Shown here in pieces: positions 1-11,015 of a stretch of DNA of 64,000 nt (its first letter is position 1; every line of letters begins with the position of its first letter). The position numbers were made by a program, and so were the translations under genes. Source of the stretch: Tetramitus jugosus (lineage: Eukaryota > Protista > Heterolobosea). A model generated the notes under the pieces. The model saw only the letters and a list, made by a program, of their open reading frames with translations, searched no databases and was not told the origin of the DNA. Where the stretch lies: positions 1 to 64,000 of the forward strand of contig OW569391.1 of assembly GCA_937625935.1 (NCBI GenBank). The letters are read 5' to 3'.

Positions 1-774
1 CACCACCCCCAACCCCCCCCCCCACCCCACCCCCCCACCCCCCACCCTCCAAACCCAAACCCAATACCCCAAACGCAACCCAAACCCAAACCCAAACCCA
101 AACCCAAACCCAAACCCAAACCCAAACCCAAACCCAAACCCAAACCCAAACCCAAACCCAAACCCAAACCCAAACCCAAACCCAAACCCAAACCCAAACC
201 CAAACCCAAACCCAAACCCAAACCCAAACCCAAACCCAAACCCAAACCCAAACCCAAACCCAAACCCAAACCCAAACCCAAACCCAAACCCAAACCCAAA
301 CCCAAACCCAAACCCAAACCCAAACCCAAACCCAAACCCAAACCCAAACCCAAACCCAAACCCAAACCCAAACCCAAACCCAAACCCAAACCCAAACCCA
401 AACCCAAACCCAAACCCAAACCCAAACCCAAACCCAAACCCAAACCCAAACCCAAACCCAAACCCAAACCCAAACCCAAACCCAAACCCAAACCCAAACC
501 CAAACCCAAACCCAAACCCAAACCCAAACCCAAACCCAAACCCAAACCCAAACCCAAACCCAAACCCAAACCCAAACCCAAACCCAAACCCAAACCCAAA
601 CCCAAACCCAAACCCAAACCCAAACCCAAACCCAAACCCAAACCCAAACCCAAACCCAAACCCAAACCCAAACCCAAACCCAAACCCAAACCCAAACCCA
701 AACCCAAACCCAAACCCAAACCCAAACCCAAACCCAAACCCAAACCCAAACCCAAACCCAAACCCAAACCCAAA
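1..774 (+). repeat. Telomeric repeat array (CCCAAA)n, i.e. TTTGGG on the G-strand
   Basis: Perfect CCCAAA hexamer array from ~78 to 774 at the window start, C-rich strand 5'. Bases 1-77 are degenerate C/A-rich. Confidence 0.98.
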
Positions 775-1753
775 TCAACTTCTTTCTCAAAAATCAAAAA
801 TTTCATCCAAATTCAAAATAGAATCGATCTATCATCTAAAATCTTATCAAACAAGATTAATGAAAGTTCAAATCACTCAGTCCATTTCTATATCCATCTC
901 TTGACATTCACTCCTCACTCTTTGTCGAAAACGGAAATTCTCTCATTCAATGCTCAACATCTGGATGTTTTTGAAGCAATCTAGTGAGTTAATATATGTT
1001 GAATGAGTAATCATTCCTACTTCTCTTCAGTTATGATGGGTTGGGTCTGGGTATTCAACTCTGCATTCAAGAAAAACACAAAATTTGAGTTCTCATACTG
1101 TCAGAGTTCAAATCTCTTATAAGAAGAACTTTTGAAAAAGCTTTCCAGTCTATTACATCTATAAATCTGAATTGTCATTCAGAAAAGCTAGTAGTCTGTA
1201 TTTCTGACCCGTTGGATCTTCAAGCTAGATTCAGATTTGAAACTTCACTATTTCACTGACTTACAGGATTTTAAAGCGAAAGGTCTCAATAATAGATAGA
1301 ATATCTGATTCTACTGTGATTCTATAATAAAAACTGTCGATTCTATTCCTAAAAACGCGAAATCAAGTCAGTCAAAATTTCAGAAAAATCAAGTCATAAG
1401 ACATCAAGTCAAAAAAAATAGTTAGTAGGAAATCATGTTAAAAATGATCAAATAATGTCCCAATACTCTGATCTAAAACAAAGAAATCATTTGTCACTAG
1501 TACGTCTTATCTCCAGTACAGAATCAAAATCGTCTAAAATCTGTTGCAGTTTTAACACTGTTGCCGATAAAAATCTGTTAAATACAGCACAGATATATCG
1601 GCTCTACGAGCCGATACAGCTCAAATCGAGTTGAAAACCTCGCCAATCTCTTCACCTCAACCAGCTGAAGCTCCTAGAGCAATAAAAAATCTCAAAAAAA
1701 AAATTACCATATAAGGAAATCGTTTCCTTAGGTTGGGGAATCCAGGATGTATC

Positions 1754-1768
1754 CCCAAACCCAAACCC
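1754..1768 (+). repeat. Internal telomeric seed CCCAAACCCAAACCC
   Basis: 2.5 exact telomere units ~1 kb inside the array, in the same orientation. Confidence 0.8.
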
Positions 1769-2935
1769 ACCATGTACCACGTACAAGAAGAAGTACCGAA
1801 AATATCATACGGATGAAGCGAGACGAGTGGCTATGAGAAAATCAGATCCAATTGTTTCAATAACACCAAGACGATGAACTCATTCGTGAAATTGTGAACA
1901 GAAACAAGACAATCAAGCAGAAGCACACGGCATTGTACGAAATCTACAATGCAACCACTCTGGTTGTAACTCAAAAAAAAAAGAGTGAGACAAACACATA
2001 TAAAAGATTTTTTTGATAGAAAATATACCTCAACAAGACAACAATCACTCTCCACAGCAACAACAACATTATTGCTCGTTCTATCCATTGAGTCAATGTG
2101 CAATCTTCATACCTTGAGAGAGCTTTAACAATCCAATCCCCCAAGGTCAGCCTCTTTGCACACGACTCAATGATATCAACTTGTTATTTTGGCTTCATGT
2201 CATCAATGTTCAATCTTCGTGCTTTGATGTACTCTGTAGAGTCGCACCAAAGCAAGCCTCACAAACATTTACTTCTAAGAGAGTGTTGTTGAGTTGTTGT
2301 TGAGTGTTGGTCAGATGTTGTTGAATTGTTGTGATGGTTGTTGTTGATTGGATGTTTTTTTTAAATAGAATAAATTTTGTCGGTGTTATTTTTTCGGTTG
2401 ACCATGTCACCGTTAGAGGGTATAGGATCAAGGATTGAAGATATCCAAATGAATTTCTAGGTATGGCAACTTTCAAACCTCTTTATTATCTACAATGTAG
2501 TTGATACCATATCTGTCTATCTTCTGCTTGTTTTAAATCATCAAAATAATATTCTTTTGTTCGTTGTTATAGTACCATTGATCAATACTATCACATACTT
2601 GAACCAGCTTTCCAATTGACAAACAGAAGTCTTCAGCTGGAAGTCTTTGTTTCCAAAAGAATCTCCATCTGGACTTTGTGATTATCGGATAGAAAGTTTT
2701 GATGAATATTCAACACTATCACATCCTAGGGAGTTATGGCCTTGATTGCGAAACGTAAGATCTTATCTTATTTTATTAACATTGCTGCAGGCAGCAATAA
2801 TAATAATTATTATAATTTCTTATCATTCTAACTTTAGAGAAAAAAAACTCAATGAATAAAATTCGCGATAAAAAAAAACTCGTCGTCTGGAACGATAAAA
2901 TTCGCTAAATCACTTGTCATGTTTGTTATTGTTCG

Positions 2936-3079
2936 AGTCTTCGTTGACAAGATCTTGAACCATTTTTGCCCCTTATTATCATGATGCTTTTTTTCCTTGT
3001 TGTTTTTTTCTGTTGTTCAGTTTTTGAATCAAAAAAATCTCCACGAGTGACCCACCATACATAGTCTTCGTTGACAAGA
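2936..3079. repeat. 17-bp direct repeat AGTCTTCGTTGACAAGA (2936-2952 and 3063-3079)
   Basis: Exact duplicate seen in the sequence. Confidence 0.8.
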
Positions 3080-3200
3080 ACAAGTTAACCAGATCGATCT
3101 GATGTTTTTGTTTTTTTTGCAATGAAGGAACATTTTTTTTTGGATATTTTATTTAATTTACCTATGACATATTGTTGAAACTTGGAATTTCGAAAGAGAC

Positions 3201-3554
3201 TCACCTATTCGAATGTCCTGAGCAAACCCTTCTAGTTCCGTTCCTTGTAGCTCTCGCCTCTTGACCTTTATTAAGAGTTCCTTCTTCCCCATAGCGTACC
3301 TTGCTTAAAACCCAAGATATTTCTCTGACTTGCTCAAATTCCTTGTCGGACATTCGAGTCAGTTGACACAACTCGTTGATGGGTTCTTTTGCAATAACTT
3401 GCTTTGTACTCCTGAGTACAAGAGCTTCCTTTAACTTGTCCAGTTTCTCGAAGACAGGTTGATCCAACTCCAAGGCAGCCAATTGATCATATTTTTCTGC
3501 AAATGTGCCATCTTTCGCTGCCTTGCAGTCACTCACCTTCTGTTGCTCAACCAC
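3201..3554 (-). pseudogene. Short ORF of unknown family, copy 1 of a diverged pair
   Basis: No ATG start. LDKLKEALVLRS...ELCQLTRMSDKEF aligns by eye with LD*LAKTLTLLS...EIGGLVRMSDQEF at 3991-4260. Confidence 0.4.
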
Positions 3555-3763
3555 TCAAAAAATTCAACAATTGTCATCAACAACAGTTACCCACACAACA
3601 AATCTCTTGGGGCCCTTCTTGATTTGGACCCTGGTGGGCCATTCACCAAAATACAAGCCAATCTTCTTGGCCAAGGCAGCCTTCACACGCACTGACAACA
3701 CGAACAACAGAGGTTTGTATTTTAACTATTTCTCCATACAATCTCAAGATTTAGATGATATGG

Positions 3764-3834
3764 GCATCTGTAGTGTAGGGGTATCATGCAGCGTTGCCAT
3801 CGCTGCGACCCGGGTTCGAATCCCGTCAGATGCA
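3764..3834 (+). tRNA. tRNA-Gly (anticodon GCC)
   Basis: Acceptor stem GCATCTG/CAGATGC, anticodon arm CAGCG-TTGCCAT-CGCTG, T arm CCGGG-TTCGAAT-CCCGT (one mismatch), discriminator A, 71 nt, no intron. Confidence 0.95.
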
Positions 3835-3990
3835 ATTTGCGCCGAAATATTTTTTAAAACAATAGTACGACATTTTCTTTGAGAATGCTAAAAATGAGCT
3901 TGTTGATTCACTTTATCGCCATCAGAGGAGTAGAGGAGTGGCTATGGAAGTTCGCCGACTACCAGCTCCGCAGGGTTCAATTCAAATGCT

Positions 3991-4260
3991 TTACATTAGA
4001 ACTGTTTGTACAGAGAAACTGAAAAATTGTGATGTAACTTGTCTTTGGGAAATATGTACTTTCACATGCATTCGAAGGGTTTTGAACTCCTGATCGGACA
4101 TTCGAACCAGGCCTCCGATCTCAGTCGCCTCCTCAACCACAAGCATCTCAGCACTCAGGAGAGTGAGAGTCTTTGCCAACTAATCGAGTCAAGCCTCTCT
4201 GGTCTTGAGTTCGCGACACCAAGAAGTCTTTTTTTTGTTATTAAGTTTTCCTTTAACATG
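3991..4260 (-). pseudogene. Decayed paralogue of the 3201-3554 ORF
   Basis: Shared RMSD.EF block, with in-frame stops just upstream of the open part. Confidence 0.4.
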
Positions 4261-7109
4261 GCCATATTGAAATTTAAGACTTAAAAATGAACCAGAGTAA
4301 TTCTTGACATTGAAAGGTTTGTGGAGGTTTGATCTTAGAATCTTTCAAGCCCATGAGAAAAAAAGAATAACCGTGTATGCTGCAAACATTGTGATCGGGA
4401 TGTGATTGTGAATCAATTTATTCCATGTTGGATGCTCTTCAAAGAGAAGGCTCCCAACTCCTTCACACATCGATGGTTGTTTTAGTTTTGGGCCGGAAAA
4501 AAATTGGCGGATAAGTGTTTCACGCACTACAGCAACCGATGAAAACGAGCTAGACATACCATACTTCATGATGAAGAAGATACCTGCGGAGGATTCTCCA
4601 AGCAATGTCAAGAAAGGAAAATAAGCCCAAAACGAATGAATAACAATCTCAGAGGTAGTCAAAGCATCATCAACCTGCATAACAACATACAGTCAAGCAA
4701 AAGCCGGGAAAAGACAGAAGAACAACACTACGCCCATGCGAAATTATCGACCAACAATAACAACAACTACACAACACCAGTTGAGAGTATCATCATAATG
4801 AAGGAGAAGAAGACCAAGATAGTGTGACGGTTTACACTGTTGAATAGTTCACCAAGAAGAGACAGAAGGAGCCAAAGAAGAACTCCAAGACAAGAAGGAC
4901 TCTGAGCAATTCAAATTACAATCCACTTACACTTTGGAGGCGTTCAGATATAATATTCGACCTTGACCCCTCCAAAGTGAATAATTGCGAATAAATTATT
5001 TTTTCGTAAACATGACCGTTAAAAGTTCTCCTACTGGGAGGATCATATGCATCAAACAATACAAATCCAATCGTTGTAGTCGATAGTATTATATTAAATT
5101 CGTATAATGGTAAATTTTTGGCGTTTGTTTACAATAACTCCGATATTTTATGTTCCCTGCAGAATGAATGTGAATATGAAGATGAATAATTTTTTAAGAC
5201 TCGCTTGCTAGGGAGTTGTAAGATATAATATCTGGACGCTCTCTTTCTTGAGGTTCAGTGGATCAAGATGCATTTTCTCAACGAAGACTTTAACAACCAC
5301 TCTGAATACTTCTACACAAAGCTCAAGTTTGGTGCTTGTTCTGTTACCAACAGAATGTGGGTGGACTATTGGCAATTGACATCTCATGAAGATTTTACGA
5401 GCATCCAATGGAAGCTGGATCCGCTGAGACTCTTTGATTATTCACATGAGAGATATGGTGTTTTGATGACTGTTGTGATGATATTGTTGATTAGACTGAC
5501 GTTGTGTTTCGAAATGCAGAACTACAACCAGGCATGTAGGTTGAATTGAAAATCCAAACCAACATGTTATGCTATTTCAGTCAGCAGTGCTTTATCTCAG
5601 CCACCTGACTGTGATGGTTCTCCACATAGTTCATCGACTTCTTTGTTAAAGAACCCTGATAGAACTACGTCAAGTCCAAAGTCTGAAATCTGCATTAAGT
5701 AATCTGAGAAACTGAATTCTAAACAGCCGATAGAGAGGTATCTGCTTCTGTGTGAGTTGTCAAGTTCACTCAACGCCATGTACAAGAAAATTCACACAGT
5801 GATCAATGAAGTCTGAATCGTTATCGCCAAGGAAGAATTTGTCGTAATTGTACGTAAGAAGAAGTTTGTACCAGATGCTCACCAAAGGAGATGCTCTAAA
5901 CATAGTAATTTGGCAGAGAAAACGTTCATTTGGAACTGTTGACTACCAAATGCCCGGTGGTCATGATAAAGGAAGAATCAATCTCTCCGAGGATGGTGTC
6001 AATTTCTTTGTCCATCGTTCAATTCAAAACCTCAAGTTTTTCATCTGAACTCTGAATTGAAGAATTGAAGAAGAGAAAAGCATATGTTGGATCTGTTGGT
6101 AGATTGACCAAAGAAGCAAATGAAGCTCTGGTGCAGTGTTGCCGAAAAGTACCAGTAGCATCAGGCGATACAACAATCTTCTTGTTGTGCACTAGCTGCA
6201 TAATGGTATGAAGTGATTCCACATTGTTTGTTGAATGTGGTATATCGCTCCATTATTCCACTAAACTGTACTCCTTGGTGAGCAAACAATCTCTTGGGTA
6301 CTAGTCGAGACCATGACCTTGCTACTGGAGAGATAGGTAATGTCTAAAAGATAGTGATTGAATAGGTTGTTTTCAGAAACAAGAAGAATGAGTTGGCATA
6401 ATTGCATTTCTTAAAGTATGTCAACAAGGCCTCGCCCACAAGGCTACGATACTCTACTCGAAAAGGTAGAGACAATGAAATGAGGCGCCCCCGAAAGAAG
6501 AAACATGTCTTCAAGCTTCCTCAGGTGACCTTCTCCAAACAAGAGAAAGAAGACAAGAGAGGACTCAACCGGTGGAGAGGATGACTCTCAATCTTCAAAG
6601 AAGCTGCGAAGAGTAATGTAACTACATTTTGCTCAGGAATCATTTGTTCTATGCAAACCAAATGATTCCTGTCAATAAAACCCATTGGCTAATGCCTGTT
6701 CTACGCATCAACAATCAAATGACCAGTGTTGTTCGGTTCGCTCATTTCTTCGTTCTTCCTCCAATGGTCCAAATTTTATTTCTGACCGAGGCAAGAGACC
6801 TCAACCGGACACCACACACCTGGTCAAACAATGGCTCGATTCAGGGCTTCGCCTCTCGGTCTCTTGCCTTGCTCAACACTCTCAAACTCAAGACAGTCCA
6901 TTGATTACTCAACATCAAAGAGTCAACCTCACTCGCTCAACACTTTCTAGTACTAAAAAAAAGCATGCAATTAGTAGAGTAAGTCAGTGAACATCTGCGC
7001 AACTAAAGGTCTGACGACTTCACCTGGTTCACATACGGAATCGTTCTGTTCTTCATCATACTTCCCGATTCTCTAAATGTCAATCATGTCATGATTCACA
7101 AACATCATG

Positions 7110-8813
7110 TTATGTTTCACCAGCTGTTTCTTCCTCAGGTACGTTCTTTGGTGAATCCAAAGAGTTTGGCAATGGTAATACAATACCTAGAAGTACCAGA
7201 TACACAATAATCATTAGAATGAATATTATGTACATTTTGAATGGAATAGCTGTAGTGAGAGACCATGAGAATATACTACCTCCAATGATTGGTCCGATAC
7301 TTCTGACAAGTGCGACTCCAGATTGAGAAATTCCATTCAACTTGCCCATGTTGGCTGATGTGACCGAATTAACGGTCATTATGTGAACAGTAGAAGAGAT
7401 GAGATGAACCATCATGAACCGAAGAGAATGAATGAATAAGAGGTAGAGCCACATGAGTGCCTTGATCGAATAGAGCTTGTTTGATAAAGGAATGAAAAGA
7501 GAAAATGGTGCCACCACAAAAGTGGATATCTTGACAGTTCTTGTGGGACCCAACCGCTTGATTATTCTAGGACTGGCAAATATCGTCCAAAAGAGTACAA
7601 TCACACTCGCAACGGCATTCAAAATGCCAATTTGTTTCAAATCAAAGTTCAAGCCTCCATCCTCAGGTTTTAAGACTAGAAATAACGGCATTATTTCCAC
7701 ATACATTATGTTCACAAATCCCAGCAATGCATAAACTAATGCAACTGAGAGTGGAGCACGCGACTTGAATATCTCATTATCTAAATTTAACCTCTTACTC
7801 AAATACTCTCGCCAAGAAGATGGAACTTGCTTAAATTCCTCTTCATTATCATTATCCTGTAGTTTGTCGAGATCGCTTTCGTTATTATCCTCATATTGTT
7901 GATCCACATCTGCAATATTGTCTTGAATTACGTCTTCTTCTCGCTCTATTTCGGTTTCTAGTTCAATGAGTGTATCCGTATCTTGTACCTCCAAATCAAC
8001 GTTTTCTCTTTTTGTTAACAGAGCCCTGTTAGTCTCTTTCAGATACAAGAAAGCGAGTATAAAAGCCAACAGGTTCATCAAACTCATCAGAGCATTTGGC
8101 AGAATGAATGGAAAATATTTGAAAAAGGCAGTAATTCGTGCCGGTAATATATTTGCCAGTGCGGGATATTGTTTCATGGGACTAGCTAAAAAACCTCCGA
8201 TAATGGGACCAACAATGCTCGTTAAAGAGAATGAAACTGAAAAATAAGAAAACACTTTTGCTTGGTTTGTCTTATCAGATATCTCACCCAAATAAACTTT
8301 GTACACTCCCAAATTTCCATTCAAACCAAATAATGCCCTAGTAACAATAGCCCAATATATAGATTTCGAAAGTCCAAACAAGAAACTCGCAATACAACTA
8401 CCAGCAGCACCAATCAACAATATAGGTTTTCTCCCATATCGATCTGATAACCATCCCCATATCATGGCACTAAAGAATTGTGTGACATAGTAACTACCTC
8501 CAATCAGGCCTGCATAGTACCCAATCTTTTTCATATCCCCATCTGGTACCACTCCCAAATCCACTACAAACTCTGTAATGTACGGTGCGAGTGTCGTGAA
8601 ACTAAAAGCATCCGCAATGAACACGAGTAACACTATGAATAATGATCTCCATGGTACTGGCGTGATCACTTCTTTTGTTTCTTCTGGTGTAGACACGATT
8701 ATCGGTGAGTTGTTGATACTCGTACTATCATCATTGGTTGAGCTCTGTCCATTTTCATAATAGAGTCAGCATATGATCCTTTCGAGAAATAAGTGCCAAG
8801 TCAAACATACCAT
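7110..8813 (-). CDS. MFS transporter, ZIFL/DHA1-like. Exon 1 is ATG only (8811-8813), intron 8745-8810, exon 2 7110-8744
   Basis: Motif WGWLSDRYGRKP, GYYAGLI and GPIIGGFLA, about 12 hydrophobic segments, acidic central loop. A GTATGT...CTGAC...CAG intron supplies the missing start codon in frame. Confidence 0.92.
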
Positions 8814-8879
8814 TCTTGGTTATTGCTTTATGATGTTTGTTTTGTTTATTTTTTGGAAAGGTGAGCAAAGTGGAAAGAT

Positions 8880-9710
8880 TCCACATTGCGTTTCAACATT
8901 TTTTTAGACCAGTGTCGTTACAAAACTGCACAAAGTCCGGCAACCTCCCACTATTAAACCATCGCTCCCCAGTAGTCCCCAAAGTGGTTGATGGGAAAGT
9001 CAGATTGTTCGTTGCCCACGCCGTGCAAGAAGATGCAATCCTTTTTGTTGTCATTGTCAGACTTGATTGGCTCTCGATCACAGCTCGCGTCTTTCATCCA
9101 TGCAAAATGGCACGAGTACTCGGCATGAAAGAACCAAGGCAAAAGTTTGTCCTGGCTGGCCCGGCTTTGTTTCATGCCAGTGAAGGAAGAAGCCTTGATG
9201 TTTACTCGACAATTACCTGGTTGTCAATACCAGACTTTAGGCACACGCTGACTTGGCTACGAACCCGAGTCTGTATCACTGCATACACGGTCGCAAAGTG
9301 CAAAGGTTCAACGTTAGCAACATTATTGATTTCACCCTCAAAGCTAACGTTTTTGTCTTCCAGTCGTCTCAGTAAAGGGTATAGTGATGCGTGGCTTAAA
9401 CAACCAATGCCCGTCATTGGCGGGTGTGATCTCAGTCTGGCCATTGCACCTCTCAATCTGCTCAAACACGTTGGCAAATAGGTCAACGATATCTGGTACC
9501 TCTATACCGTGCATACGAAAAAAGATAAGTGTTCACATGACAAAAAGAGAGTCATTGTACATATTGAACCAGTTGTTCTTCGAAGAATGATGAGCTTGAC
9601 TCCATAGTCGAATTCGTCTCGGTTTAATAAAATGTTGAATCTTGTTCGATTTGGCATCGGTGGTGGAGACCAGGGCTCTCTTAGGTTGTCAGTGAGTTGG
9701 ATGGCCATCA
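8880..9710 (-). pseudogene. Frameshifted remnant of an unidentified protein gene
   Basis: Several overlapping partial ORFs on the minus strand. ILLNRDEF resembles a Walker B motif, but the family is not determined. Confidence 0.3.
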
Positions 9711-9714
9711 TAAG

Positions 9715-10025
9715 CTTACGCATGACCGAAGCCACGCGCTTCTATACTAGAAGAGTCTTCCATGGGTAAACCCATAGAATACTTCGCTCTTTAATATAGT
9801 GAGTGAGATACCAGTAAAAAGCAGTGGTATTTCATTGTTGAGCAAGCTCTCCCACCTATACTACATCTCTTTCGGTATTCCACAAAACCAAACTAGAGTC
9901 AAACTCAACAGGGTCTTCTTTCCCCGCTGACTAACCCAAGCCCGTTCCCTTGGCTGTAGGTTCGCTAGACCGTAAATAGGGACAGTAAGAATTTCGTTGT
10001 TCCATTCATGCACGTCACAAATTAA

Positions 10026-10075
<50 letters not shown>

Positions 10076-10260
10076 AACCCGTGCTTGATCGAATCTCTTC
10101 ACTTTGACATCCAGAGCACTGGGCAGAAGTCACAAACAGCCACAATCCGTTTTGAACTGTTATCTGTTTGCTTTGTTTTAATTAAACAGTCGAATTCTCC
10201 TGGGATCTGTCAGTTCCCGAACAATAGTTTATTGTACTCCGCCGGTATGTCACAGGTTCT
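9715..10260 (-). rRNA. Isolated fragment of cytoplasmic LSU (28S) rRNA, domain IV into V; not a complete gene
   Basis: The reverse strand reads GACTGTTTAATTAAAACA...TTCTGCCCAGTGCTCTG...GGCGGGAGTAACTATGACTCTCTTAAGGTAGCCAAATGCCTCGTCA...GGGGAAAGAAGACCCTGTTGAG...GAAATACCAC. These are universal eukaryotic LSU blocks in the correct order. Ends are approximate. Confidence 0.95.
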
Positions 10261-10299
10261 CCCGTAACACACTGCAATCGATGATGTGCATTTTCAGGA

Positions 10300-11015
10300 T
10301 TAATTGTTTACCTCAGTGAAGAACAAAGACTCGGGTGGTGATGGCCCTGGGTAGGAATCCACAATACAACCTCTATCGGCAGCTGAACGAGCGGTTGAGA
10401 ATGAGCAAGAAACAAACCGAAGCGTTCTACATTGCTCAGCATCCCTCTGGACATCATGCATCATGGTCTCTAAAAGTGATGAAAAATAAAGGGCTTTGGA
10501 GAACAAAGTGGAATGGAAGACTATCGATAGCTCTATCAAGAAAGGAAGTGTTTCATACAGGGAGTTGTTACAAGGACATTGTGATTCTGTCTTGGAGGTA
10601 GAAGAAGACTTGCTCAGTTTTTAGACTGAATTGGGATAGTTACATTATAAGGGATAGGACTATTGCTCGTGTGGCTTTGCCATGAGAGCAAATGGAAGAA
10701 CGTTGGTGATTGGAATGGGCAATGGAGGATTTGGTAGTTACAAAGGAAGTAATTCTGCTCCCAAAGCAAAGCTATTGAAAAGATTGAATGAAAAATTCGC
10801 GCTTCAAATGGTGGATGAGTTTATTACCAGCCAGGTTATTTGTGAATACCATCGTCATTTGAATCCAGTCTGCAAGCATCAAAGACAAGACAAAGCAGGA
10901 TTGATGATCTCTATTGTCAGAGGAGTTAAACAGTGTGCAACCACTAAGTGTTTAATCGCAATGATGACTCACATCGAAAGGTGGTCAAGTCTGTCAAGCC
11001 CTCTGAGGCGTTATG
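10300..11015 (+). mobile_element. Decayed Fanzor (TnpB-family) nuclease gene, RuvC/zinc-finger half only
   Basis: Reads VIGMGNGGFGS..SAP..LL..L...F....VDEFITSQVIC (RuvC-II), a Cys region VRGVKQC...C, then FNRND after a frameshift (RuvC-III-like). Upstream FRLNWDSY resembles the bridge-helix region and RVVMALGR lies where RuvC-I is expected. Contains a stop and frameshifts. Confidence 0.72.

Noticed and set aside
2420-2480. GLKVAIPRNSFG, resembling a dUTPase segment
   Set aside because: None of the conserved dUTPase motifs follow, and the flanks contain stops.
7110-8813. MFS gene as the nitrate transporter partner of nitrate reductase
   Set aside because: Lacks NRT2/NarK nitrate signature motifs and resembles ZIFL/DHA1 transporters.
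8837-9481. 214-aa ORF on the + strand
   Set aside because: No recognisable motif, and it lies opposite minus-strand remnants. Not supportable as a gene.
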